NCBI GenBank assembly: GCA_949297145.1
Contig: CASFQO010000013.1
Location: 18,768-82,767 of the forward strand
Direction: 5' to 3'
DNA length: 64,000 nucleotides
Source: an uncultured Alphaproteobacteria bacterium
GTDB lineage: Bacteria; Pseudomonadota; Alphaproteobacteria; RF32; CAG-239
Position 1 is the stretch's first letter; every line of letters starts with the position of its first letter. Below the pieces are notes generated by a model. It was not told the origin of the DNA and searched no databases. It saw only the letters and a program-made list of their open reading frames with translations. This document shows, in pieces, positions 18,096-26,401 of the stretch. Position numbers and translations under genes: made by a program.

Positions 18096-19222
18096 TATTT
18101 AAGGGCTATGCCGGTAATGATGGCGTAGCCTTTATTATTGTTATTGCTTGCTCGTGCATAACCTTTTGAATTGCGATAGGCATTTACCCAATACAATTCT
18201 ACATATTTATTTAGCTGATACTTATTGGACTGTACCCATATATCATCCCGATGACGCGTATTTTCCGCTTCCGTATGCAAATAAGCTAAATTACTCTCAA
18301 ACTTTCCAAAATTGTAGCCAATACTGAAATCCCACGCTTGACCTTCTCTATAATTATCAAAATACGCCGGCAGGTGCTCATTTTGAGCTGTTGTTGATAT
18401 CGGATTTTTATGACCATCTATCCACGATTTTTTATAGCCGCCGGACATTTTTAAACCTTTATAAATCCAGCGTATGCCGCCTGACCATACGTTATCGGTG
18501 CGATTATACAGCCCATAGCCTGTTGACGTGTATAATTCTCCATACGGCAAATTCCAATGATTTTGCATAGAGGCGGTATATCCGTCTTGTGTTGTTTCAT
18601 AATTGCTGTAGCGGCTCGTCATACCGCGTCTGGAGGCGTTATCCGGCGTATAACTGAAACCTAATATGGTGTTGCCTATTTCCGGCGTGAAGTAACTCAA
18701 CTTGAAAGCACGTCCGTCATCTAAAATGGTTGTTGATTTGGGCGTAGCAAATTTCGTTTTTTTCTGGCCGTTCGACCAGTTAGCGCTGCTTAAAAAATAT
18801 GAAATGTTACTATCTTGTATGCCAACCCAGGTGATGTCTTGTGCCCCAACGTGCATAATTCTTGCGGCATTATAAGTATAACCTACCGTCATCTGCCCTT
18901 TTCTTTCATCAAAAACGTGTGCGTAGGGGTAAAACCGCCAATCCCCTTGCTCATAGTCCTTGTCATGTTGACGCATGACGATGGTATAATCTGCATTTAA
19001 CCCTATTTTTGTTTGTTGTGAGAACGGATAGTATCCGCTTATTTTGCCATCTGCCCGAAAAACGAGGCGATTGGCCATATTATCTAAATTATTATCTTCT
19101 TTTGTTTCCATTATACCGTAGTATATGCCGGCAATGCCTGACTGTGACAGGGTCCAATCTTTTGCTTCTGAAACTTCTGCCGCAATAGTCATCAGCCCTA
19201 GCGGTATTAATATTCTTTTCAT
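18092..19222 (-). CDS. Outer-membrane beta-barrel porin-like protein
   Basis: Start moved to ATG 19222 (RBS GAGAGGA). Signal peptide MKRILIPLGLMTIAAEVSEA, Tyr/Gly/Asn-rich alternating strands, and a C-terminal ...GIALKY aromatic terminus. Confidence 0.7.
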   Translation of the reverse strand: MKRILIPLGLMTIAAEVSEAKDWTLSQSGIAGIYYGIMETKEDNNLDNMANRLVFRADGKISGYYPFSQQTKIGLNADYTIVMRQHDKDYEQGDWRFYPYAHVFDERKGQMTVGYTYNAARIMHVGAQDITWVGIQDSNISYFLSSANWSNGQKKTKFATPKSTTILDDGRAFKLSYFTPEIGNTILGFSYTPDNASRRGMTSRYSNYETTQDGYTASMQNHWNLPYGELYTSTGYGLYNRTDNVWSGGIRWIYKGLKMSGGYKKSWIDGHKNPISTTAQNEHLPAYFDNYREGQAWDFSIGYNFGKFESNLAYLHTEAENTRHRDDIWVQSNKYQLNKYVELYWVNAYRNSKGYARASNNNNKGYAIITGIALKY

Positions 19223-19245
19223 TCGTCCTCTCTTGTGTTGAGTAT

Positions 19246-19273
19246 ATTGTACAGAATACTTTATTTTTTGCAA
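19246..19273 (-). promoter_or_regulatory. Sigma-70-like promoter TTGCAA-16-TACAAT for the porin gene
   Basis: Hexamers read on the minus strand, about 25 nt upstream of the RBS. Confidence 0.4.
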
Positions 19274-19442
19274 TCTGTTTTTATGGCTTGACTTTTTTAT
19301 CTTTTCCTGTATCTTATAATCGTTCTTGGTGCTTGCAGGGCTTATAAGCACGGAACTTTGGTAAACTGAGCCGGTTTAATGAGATTTGATTTGAGTACTC
19401 TTTATGAGTTTCATTGGCGGCTCCTTTTAAGGAGTTTTTTTT

Positions 19443-19985
19443 ATGACTGAATATAAATACAAACATGGTTTGAGCATTATGCGGGCGCAACCTTTTCATA
19501 TCGGTCATCAAAAGTTGATTGATAAGATGCTTAAGGAATGCGAACATGTTACTATTGTTCTCGGTTCTATCCAAGAACAGGGAACAGCCAGAAATCCTCT
19601 TAACTATACCACTCGCAAAAAGATGATCCAAAATATCTATCGGGCAAAACCTGAATATGATAGGTTGAAAATCGTTGGTATTTTTGATATTAATAATCCG
19701 GCAGAATGGGGGGAATATGTTCTTGATTTTATTCAAGAGAGCTTTCCTAACCTCCCGAAACCCGATGTTTATTATGCGGGGTCTTCTTATGATGCACATT
19801 GGTTTAGAGAGTGTTTTCAAAATATTGAATTGGTTGATCGTACGGATCCTAGTTTTCCGTTTGTTACCGGTACGATGGTTCGTGATATGATTAAATTTGG
19901 CGATGAACGATGGAAAAACTTTGTCGCACCCGAAAATCATCATATCATTGAAGAATACTTTAACAAGAAAAAAGGTATTATTTAA
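19443..19985 (+). CDS. Nicotinamide-nucleotide adenylyltransferase, NadM-like
   Basis: 180 aa. RAQPFHIGHQKLIDKML (the (T/H)xGH motif), VLGSIQEQGTARNPLNYTTRKKMI and TGTMVRDMI (ISGT-like) parallel archaeal/bacterial NMNATs. RBS AAGGAG. Confidence 0.75.
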   Translation: MTEYKYKHGLSIMRAQPFHIGHQKLIDKMLKECEHVTIVLGSIQEQGTARNPLNYTTRKKMIQNIYRAKPEYDRLKIVGIFDINNPAEWGEYVLDFIQESFPNLPKPDVYYAGSSYDAHWFRECFQNIELVDRTDPSFPFVTGTMVRDMIKFGDERWKNFVAPENHHIIEEYFNKKKGII

Positions 19986-20073
19986 TTTTTTTTTAGCCTA
20001 TCATCTGCGTCTTCTGAAGGGCTTATAGAAGACAGATGTTTTAACCCCAATAAGCCTGAAGGGATTTTTTCTT

Positions 20074-20697
20074 ATGAATAACCGTATTTTAATGCGAATT
20101 GATTTTCAAAACGATTTTGTTCATTCACATGGTGCGCTTACGGTAAATGCGCCGGAATTGATTGAGAAACATCAGAAATTTGCCGATAATCTGTTCTTAG
20201 ACAGTTTTGATAAAATTATTGATACTTATGATACGCATTTTTCCGAAACTTATCCGCACACCATTGAGGCACAAAGCTTTCCTCTGCATTGTGTTTTCGG
20301 GTCTTGGGGATGGCAGCAGGCGGCTCCGTTTAAGCCCGAGCTTAATGTCGTTAAAATGTATAAATCAACAACAAATATTTGGAACGAGGTTCGCTCTTAT
20401 CAAGATTTGGCACAAGATTGGAGGGGCAAAAATGTTTATCTTTGCGGGGTTTTAAGCAATATTTGTGTGCAACAAGCCATGAACGGATTGCTTAAAAAAG
20501 GGGCTAATGTTACTGTCATTGAAGATTTATGTTTGGGTAAAGACAAACAAATTAAAGATATTCTGCAAGATGATGTTTATGTTCCTTTTATTAAACAAGG
20601 GAAATTGAAAACGATTACCACCGCGCAGTTCTTTCGTTCTACCCTTTTAGAAAAGAAAATGCAACATCAGTTTATCAGCAGAGCTTTTGAAAAATAG
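20074..20697 (+). CDS. Isochorismatase-family hydrolase, nicotinamidase (PncA)-like
   Basis: RIDFQNDFVHSHGALTV near the N-terminus and the catalytic-Cys region LCGVLSNICVQQAMNGL. Confidence 0.65.
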   Translation: MNNRILMRIDFQNDFVHSHGALTVNAPELIEKHQKFADNLFLDSFDKIIDTYDTHFSETYPHTIEAQSFPLHCVFGSWGWQQAAPFKPELNVVKMYKSTTNIWNEVRSYQDLAQDWRGKNVYLCGVLSNICVQQAMNGLLKKGANVTVIEDLCLGKDKQIKDILQDDVYVPFIKQGKLKTITTAQFFRSTLLEKKMQHQFISRAFEK

Positions 20698-20756
20698 AAA
20701 AAGCTTGTTTATTCACCTTTTGGGAGCCATGCTCCGCGTTACTTTTAGGAGATTTA

Positions 20757-21539
20757 ATGATGGAAAAGATTTGGAAAAAACTTCAGCAAGGTTTGATTGA
20801 TTATTGTCAAAAATATGGCTTTCAACAAGTTATCTTAGGCCTTTCGGGCGGACTTGATTCAGCTATTACGGCCGTTTTGGCGGCGGATGCGCTGGGCGGG
20901 CAAAATGTGATGGCGCTTATGATGAAGACGCGCTATACTTCCGATTTAAGCCTTAATATCGCAAAACGTATTGCCGAACTCAATCATCTTCATTTTCAAG
21001 AACTGGATATTGAACCGCTGGTACAAGCGCATACAAATTTTCTTAAAAATGCGTTTCATGAAAATGTTAATGGGCTTACTTTAGAAAACTTGCAAGCCCG
21101 AATTCGCGGGCAAATTCTTATGGCTTATTCTAACCAACAAGGCGGTTTGGTTTTGGCTTGTGGCAATAAATCTGAAGCTTTAACCGGATATTGCACACTT
21201 TATGGTGATACTTGCGGCGGTTTAATGCCTATCGGGAATTTGTATAAAAGTACGATTTTTGATCTGGCGAAATGGCGTAACAATCAAAATATTATCCTTC
21301 CCGAAGAGGTTATTTCGCGCGCGCCGTCTGCCGAATTGGCTGAAGGGCAAAAAGATGAAAATACACTTCCGCCTTATGGAGTTTTGGATGCTATACTCAA
21401 ATTGATGGTAGATGAAAACAAATCTGCGGAAGAAATTTGTCATCAAGGTTTTGATTTGTCTTTGGTTCAACGCGTGCAAAAATTGGTTTGCAATTCTTCG
21501 TTCAAGCGTAAGCAAATGGCTGAAATATTACCTTTGTAA
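20757..21539 (+). CDS. nadE: Ammonia-dependent NAD+ synthetase
   Basis: VILGLSGGLDSA PP-loop, then NLQARIRG and GNKSEALTGYCTLYGD. 260 aa. Confidence 0.92.
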   Translation: MMEKIWKKLQQGLIDYCQKYGFQQVILGLSGGLDSAITAVLAADALGGQNVMALMMKTRYTSDLSLNIAKRIAELNHLHFQELDIEPLVQAHTNFLKNAFHENVNGLTLENLQARIRGQILMAYSNQQGGLVLACGNKSEALTGYCTLYGDTCGGLMPIGNLYKSTIFDLAKWRNNQNIILPEEVISRAPSAELAEGQKDENTLPPYGVLDAILKLMVDENKSAEEICHQGFDLSLVQRVQKLVCNSSFKRKQMAEILPL

Positions 21540-21562
21540 CATTACCATAACGATTATAAAAA

Positions 21563-21592
21563 ACACCTCCGTTTGGGGAGGTGTTTCTTTTT
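21563..21592. terminator. Bidirectional Rho-independent terminator
   Basis: ACACCTCC-gtttgg-GGAGGTGT stem, flanked by an A run and a T run, between convergent genes. Confidence 0.8.
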
Positions 21593-22439
21593 ACTTTAAT
21601 TCCGCTTTTAATATTCGGAGGGCTTTTAAGCCATTGGGAAAACCGACATAAGGCATACACTGGATTATGGCTGCCGTTATTTCTGCCAGCGTGTTGCCTG
21701 CTTTTAGGCTTCCTTTGATATGGCTTGACAATGTGTCCCAATTACCAGCAGTTACAAGGATACTTATGGTTAAAAGCTCTCTGGTTTTCATATCTAAAAC
21801 GCCACGCGTGCAGATGTCGCCAAAATAAACTTCCGTCAACAGGCGTGCGGCCTCTTTGCCCATATCTTCCGGCAATCCGGACAACGCATCTTTGATTTCT
21901 GTTCCATATAAAGGTTGCTGCAAGGCCAGACCTTTTTCGTGACGATTTTCTTCGGTCACTTTATTTTGGTTCTCTAAAGGCAGCTTTATATTATTTTCTG
22001 CGAAGACTTCATTGATGGTATTCAGCGCATTTAGGGTTTTCGGAAAGCCTATAAACGGTGCACATTGATAAACTGCCTCACGTAGCTCCAACGGGGTTAC
22101 GCCGGCATTTAATGCGGCTTGGGCGTGGGCCTTTAACTGGGGCAAGGTTTGCTGCGTGCTTAAAGAAACAACGGTTAGCATTTCTCTGGTTTTTATCGGT
22201 AAATCACCTATGGTAAAGACTTCTCCAAAAATATATTTTTGCAAAATTTGCATCATCTCCGGATCGGTTCCCGTATCGGTTAAGGCCTCGCCTTTAAATA
22301 AAATACGATAATTTCTTTTACATATTTCTGTTCTGGTCATATCTTTTTCTCCATTGGTTTGCGCAAATGTTGTCGTGGAAATGGAAAACAACATCATGAT
22401 ACTTAATAGCGCTCTTAAAAATTTTTTACTTTGATGCAT
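21591..22439 (-). CDS. Secreted tandem carboxymuconolactone-decarboxylase (CMD/AhpD-like) family protein
   Basis: Signal peptide ...TTTFAQT, then two CMD-like halves (KTREMLTVVSLSTQQTLPQLKAHAQAALNAGVT...; KTRELLTISILVTAGNWDTLSSHIKGSLKAGNT...). Confidence 0.75.
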   Translation of the reverse strand: MHQSKKFLRALLSIMMLFSISTTTFAQTNGEKDMTRTEICKRNYRILFKGEALTDTGTDPEMMQILQKYIFGEVFTIGDLPIKTREMLTVVSLSTQQTLPQLKAHAQAALNAGVTPLELREAVYQCAPFIGFPKTLNALNTINEVFAENNIKLPLENQNKVTEENRHEKGLALQQPLYGTEIKDALSGLPEDMGKEAARLLTEVYFGDICTRGVLDMKTRELLTISILVTAGNWDTLSSHIKGSLKAGNTLAEITAAIIQCMPYVGFPNGLKALRILKAELK

Positions 22440-22917
22440 TCTTTCCTCCGACTTTGTGTTTGATAATCTCTACAATCGTTTTTTCATCCTCTTGAGATAG
22501 TATCCCATATAGCGGTACGGCAAATGAGGTAAATTCGCCATTATGCTTTTGCAAAAAGTTATAGTGATATTCTATATTTTCACGTGGGTGCAAAATAAGA
22601 ACTTTATATTTTTGAAAGCAGCAATGAACTTCTTTTTCTTCAATTCCTGCAATATCTTTCCACTTTAGTTTATTGCTCATATCCAGTTTGATACCTTCAT
22701 CATCCACAACGACAGCCTGATGCTTGAGGACATATTTCCATATCCAGCCGAGCCAAGATAATATGCATAAACCTATTAAAATTTGTGTTTGTATCCAATA
22801 GAGCAAGCATACACACTTAATGCTCCAGTAACCTAACGTTATGGTTAGAGCTAAATTTAAAATTAGCCAAGCGTTTATCTTGTTGAATTTGTAGTAAAAA
22901 ATTTGTTTTTCTATCAT
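22426..22917 (-). CDS. Membrane protein, two TM segments plus a small cytoplasmic (PH-like?) domain
   Basis: 163-aa ORF with RBS GGGAGAG. Hydrophobic N-terminal half. No confident family assignment. Confidence 0.6.
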   Translation of the reverse strand: MIEKQIFYYKFNKINAWLILNLALTITLGYWSIKCVCLLYWIQTQILIGLCILSWLGWIWKYVLKHQAVVVDDEGIKLDMSNKLKWKDIAGIEEKEVHCCFQKYKVLILHPRENIEYHYNFLQKHNGEFTSFAVPLYGILSQEDEKTIVEIIKHKVGGKNASK

Positions 22918-22949
22918 CGTTTCTCTCCCTTTTTATCGATTCTTGTTTT

Positions 22950-22981
22950 AGTGTAACTCTTAGAGTTTGCTCTAAGTCAAG
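22950..22981 (-). promoter_or_regulatory. Second copy of the MerR-style promoter/operator: TTGACT-19 bp-TACACT
   Basis: The minus strand reads cTTGACTtagagcaaactctaagagtTACACT. 15 of 19 spacer positions match the copy at 5836-5866. It lies about 33 nt upstream of ATG 22917. Confidence 0.55.
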
Positions 22982-23055
22982 TATTTTCTTTTAATTTCTT
23001 GGCTTGATTATTTTTGTTTCTCTGGTATTTTGATTTTATGGCAACGAAAGGTTTG

Positions 23056-23628
23056 ATGATGCTCTATTCTTCTACATATATTTCACCGTTTGGGAGTCTC
23101 TTTTTAGAAAGCGACGGGCAGGTTTTGACTGGTCTTAAAAACGGCTTTGCTCAACAACAAATTAAGTATATGGATGTTTCGGCTTCTGACGGTCAAAACC
23201 TTTTTTGCATCAAAAAAACCAAAGAGTGGCTAGATATTTATTTTTCAGGAAAAAATCCTTCCTTTGTTCCGCCGCTTGCTTTATCCGGTACGGATTTTCA
23301 AAAGGAGGTTTGGAAGTTACTCTTGCAAATTCCTTATAGTAAACTCGTTACTTATGGTGAGCTTGCACGACAAATTGCACAAGAACGCGGCTTAAAATCT
23401 ATGTCAGCTCAAGCGGTCGGCGGCGCTGTGGGGGCAAACCCTATTGCCATTATTGTTCCCTGTCATCGGGTTATCGGGAAAAACAATAATCTCGTTGGGT
23501 ACGCCGGTGGTTTAAGTTTTAAATCTAAACTATTGCAATTAGAGAAAATTCCTGTTTCCTCGCTTATTATGCCGAAAAAGAGCCGTTTTTTAGAAACAAC
23601 TTGTGATGCCTTTGATAACACGTTATAA
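23056..23628 (+). CDS. ogt: Methylated-DNA--protein-cysteine methyltransferase
   Basis: FQKEVWKLLLQIPYSKLVTYGELA...NPIAIIVPCHRVIG (PCHRV active site). The start is ambiguous (ATG 23038 or 23056). Confidence 0.88.
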   Translation: MMLYSSTYISPFGSLFLESDGQVLTGLKNGFAQQQIKYMDVSASDGQNLFCIKKTKEWLDIYFSGKNPSFVPPLALSGTDFQKEVWKLLLQIPYSKLVTYGELARQIAQERGLKSMSAQAVGGAVGANPIAIIVPCHRVIGKNNNLVGYAGGLSFKSKLLQLEKIPVSSLIMPKKSRFLETTCDAFDNTL

Positions 23629-23727
23629 ATTTTTGTTATACGCTAAAAGAGCTATTGACATCTGCAAATCATTATTATATGCTGTAGGGTATGTTTAATG
23701 TATTTGAGGTAGTTCAAAAATAATCAC

Positions 23728-25059
23728 ATGAGTCCCGTTTATGGCTATGTCTTTAATTTATTTTTAGTTTTAGTTTTAGTTTTTTGTAATGCTTTTTTCG
23801 TTGTTTCTGAATTTGCTATTGTTAAAATTCGTCGCACAAAGCTTGAAGAGTTGTCTCACGCCGGTAATAAATCGGCTAAAATAGCACTCAAAATCAATGA
23901 GCATATGAATACTTATTTAAGTGCTATTCAGCTTGGTATTACGTTGGCTTCATTGGGCTTAGGTTGGCTTGGTGAACCGGCTGTTTCTCGCTTGTTGGAA
24001 GATCTGTTCTCGGGATTTTTTGCCGATAATAAAATTTTGTTGCACTCGTTGAGCTTTGGTATTGCCTTTACGTTTATTACCCTTTTACACGTTGTGTTTG
24101 GTGAATTGGTGCCAAAGTCTATGGCTATTCAGGATACAGAACGCTATGCCATGATTATTGCACGCCCTCTTTATACGTTTAATAAAATTTTTGCACCGTT
24201 TATTTGGGTGTTTGACCATGTTACGATGTGGATTTTGAAATTGATGGGCGTTAAGCAAACAGATGAAAATGAAGATGCTCACTCTGAAGAAGAAATCAAA
24301 TTGATTATTGATGCTTCGCAGAAAGGCGGGGTGATTGACGACACGGAAAGTGAGATTATTCAAAATGCCATTTGCTTTTCGGAAATTTCCGCACACGAAA
24401 TTATGATACCTCGTCAAGAGATGAAATGTATTTATCAAAACAGCAGCTATAACGAGATTATGGAATTTGTTAAACAACATAAACATACTCGTTTTCCGCT
24501 CTGTAACGGTGATAAAGACCAAATTATCGGGATGATTCATATTCGTGATTTGTTAGAGTGCAAAAACTCTCCGCATAAAGATATTTTAAGCAAGATTGTT
24601 CGCAATATTTTGTTTGTGCCGGAAAATAAATCAATCTCTGAAATTTTGCATGAGATGATGAAAAAGAGAATCCATTTGGCCGTTGTGGTTGATGAATATG
24701 GCGGAACAGCCGGTCTTCTTTCTATGGAAGATATTTTGGAAGAGCTGGTGGGTGATATTCAGGACGAACATGATGAAATTACCGATACACCGGTTAAAAA
24801 AATCAATGAAAAAGTTTGCGAATTTGACGGATTGTATTTGGTAGAAGATGCGTATGAGTGCTTAGGTTTGCCATATTGCGAACATGAAGAAAGCACCATG
24901 GGCGGATATGTGTTTAACCTCTTGGGGCGTGAACCGGTTGTCGGCGACAAGACAGAAGATGATTATTGCATCTATGAAGTTTTGGAAGTTGACAATATGC
25001 GTATTGCTCGGGTTAAGACCACCGTCAAAGAGCAATGCCAAATGATTAGCGCCGAGTAG
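23728..25059 (+). CDS. CNNM/TlyC-family membrane protein (DUF21-CBS pair-CorC_HlyC)
   Basis: 443 aa with four N-terminal TM segments (SEFAIVKIRR), a CBS region, and a C-terminal GGYVFNLLGREPVVGD transporter-associated domain. Confidence 0.88.
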   Translation: MSPVYGYVFNLFLVLVLVFCNAFFVVSEFAIVKIRRTKLEELSHAGNKSAKIALKINEHMNTYLSAIQLGITLASLGLGWLGEPAVSRLLEDLFSGFFADNKILLHSLSFGIAFTFITLLHVVFGELVPKSMAIQDTERYAMIIARPLYTFNKIFAPFIWVFDHVTMWILKLMGVKQTDENEDAHSEEEIKLIIDASQKGGVIDDTESEIIQNAICFSEISAHEIMIPRQEMKCIYQNSSYNEIMEFVKQHKHTRFPLCNGDKDQIIGMIHIRDLLECKNSPHKDILSKIVRNILFVPENKSISEILHEMMKKRIHLAVVVDEYGGTAGLLSMEDILEELVGDIQDEHDEITDTPVKKINEKVCEFDGLYLVEDAYECLGLPYCEHEESTMGGYVFNLLGREPVVGDKTEDDYCIYEVLEVDNMRIARVKTTVKEQCQMISAE

Positions 25060-25092
25060 TATTTTTACAATAATAAGTTATTGGGAGTGGCA

Positions 25093-25629
25093 ATGGTTTC
25101 TTATAAGCAATTAACTTTTTGGGTTTTGGCTTTGACCGTTGCCTCTTTTTTTGATGCGCAAGCAGTTGATAAGGTTAAAACTCGTCAAAAATATGGGGCA
25201 GAACTTTCTGCTACAGGTGAGATTTATGCCAAAATTGTCGCTCCGGTTGCAGTGACTTCTTCCAATGATTTACGGTTCGGGACGATTGTAACAAATAACG
25301 CCGGAGATGTTACCGTTGATGAAGCAGGAAACCGAACGACAACCGGTCCGGGGTTGGCGACAAGCGGTTATTCATCAGGAGCTATTCACCTTAGCGGCCC
25401 TAGGGCGCAGGCGGTGTCTGTGGCTATTCCGGGGGCGCACATTTATGACAATGACGATAATTCTATCAATGTTCATTCGTTCACAACGAGCGCAGATAGC
25501 GACAAGCTCATTACGCTAGGCTCGCAAGACGGAAAAGCGGACATCAATGTCGGGGCGACACTCAACGTCTCCGATACGGCAAAAAGTGGTGTTCGTTCAG
25601 GGGTATATCGCATACAAACTTCATACTAA
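25093..25629 (+). CDS. Secreted DUF4402-type putative fibre subunit 1
   Basis: ATG 25093 follows GGGAG. Signal peptide ...FFDAQA, then ATGEIYAKIVAPVAVTSSNDLRFGTIV, with the C-terminus ...SGVYRIQTSY. Confidence 0.7.
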   Translation: MVSYKQLTFWVLALTVASFFDAQAVDKVKTRQKYGAELSATGEIYAKIVAPVAVTSSNDLRFGTIVTNNAGDVTVDEAGNRTTTGPGLATSGYSSGAIHLSGPRAQAVSVAIPGAHIYDNDDNSINVHSFTTSADSDKLITLGSQDGKADINVGATLNVSDTAKSGVRSGVYRIQTSY

Positions 25630-25723
25630 TTAATTATTTATTTTTTTCATTTTATTTTAAACCGAATTTTAACAATTTTCTCTTATAGTTAGATTGAAAT
25701 TACTTATTGCTTTTAGGGGAAAA

Positions 25724-26221
25724 ATGATGAAAAAGAATTTACTTTTGACAGTGGCCGTGGCTGTTTTGGCTTTAGGTAGCTCTGCTGCTCAAGCCGCTGA
25801 AGAATCGGCTACAGGAAACATTAAGGCAAAAATTGTTGCTCCGGTTAGCATTTCCGAACAAGATTCTCTTGATTTTGGTACAATGATTGCGCCGACAGAT
25901 ACATCAAAAAAAGTAACTATTGCTACTAATGGTACAAGAAGTGGTGACTCTTCTATTTTAGTTGGAAACGGTGGTCAGGCCGGTTTGTTTAATGTGACAG
26001 GTGCTGATCGTCAATCTATGACTATTTCGGTTACAGATTCTACAACTTTGACAGGTGCCGGTGATCCTATGACCGTTAATAATTTTGTTACAGAACCTGC
26101 CAGCACACTTACTCTTACAGGCACAAGCGGACAAATTAAAGTTGGTGCAGATTTGACTGTCGGTCAAGGACAAGCTGAGGGTGACTATACCGGTACGTAC
26201 GAGGTTACAGTTAGCTACTAA
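25724..26221 (+). CDS. Secreted DUF4402-type putative major fibre subunit 2
   Basis: Signal peptide MMKKNLLLTVAVAVLALGSSAAQA, then ATGNIKAKIVAPVSISEQDSLDFGTMI, with the C-terminus AEGDYTGTYEVTVSY. Confidence 0.75.
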   Translation: MMKKNLLLTVAVAVLALGSSAAQAAEESATGNIKAKIVAPVSISEQDSLDFGTMIAPTDTSKKVTIATNGTRSGDSSILVGNGGQAGLFNVTGADRQSMTISVTDSTTLTGAGDPMTVNNFVTEPASTLTLTGTSGQIKVGADLTVGQGQAEGDYTGTYEVTVSY

Positions 26222-26250
26222 TTTTGGTTTAGTTTATTATTAGGTATGCT

Positions 26251-26274
26251 ACAAAAAAATGACCCTTTTTTATC
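26251..26274. repeat. Left arm of a 24/23-nt inverted repeat
   Basis: ACAAAAAAATGACCCTTTTTTATC. Its reverse complement matches 26379-26401 except for one extra A in the A run. Confidence 0.9.
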
Positions 26275-26350
26275 AGCAGGGCAGTTAAGAAAATGATTGT
26301 AAATTAAATGGGATAAGTCTTTATTCTTGTTAATAAAAAGTTAATCTTAA

Positions 26351-26378
26351 TTGCTTTGGGGAGAAATCTTTTTATATT
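26351..26378 (+). promoter_or_regulatory. Sigma-70-like promoter TTGCTT-16-TATATT inside the IR-bracketed segment, pointing at the downstream genes
   Basis: Hexamers read directly. The predicted transcription start falls inside the right IR arm. Confidence 0.45.
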
Positions 26379-26401
26379 GATAAAAAAGGGTCATTTTTTG
26401 T
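26379..26401. repeat. Right arm of the inverted repeat
   Basis: GATAAAAAAGGGTCATTTTTTGT. It ends 1 nt before GTG 26402 and contains the only RBS-like AAGGG for that gene. Confidence 0.9.

Noticed and set aside
19408-19440. Palindrome CTCCTTTTAAGGAG followed by T8 upstream of the NMNAT gene, as a possible terminator or riboswitch
   Set aside because: The stem is only 4-6 bp with a minimal loop. AAGGAG is the gene's own RBS at ideal spacing. There is no further conserved-looking structure in the short leader.
23741-23790. Short tandem DNA repeat tagtttt x3
   Set aside because: It simply encodes the Leu/Val run (LFLVLVLVF) of the first TM helix of the CNNM-family protein.
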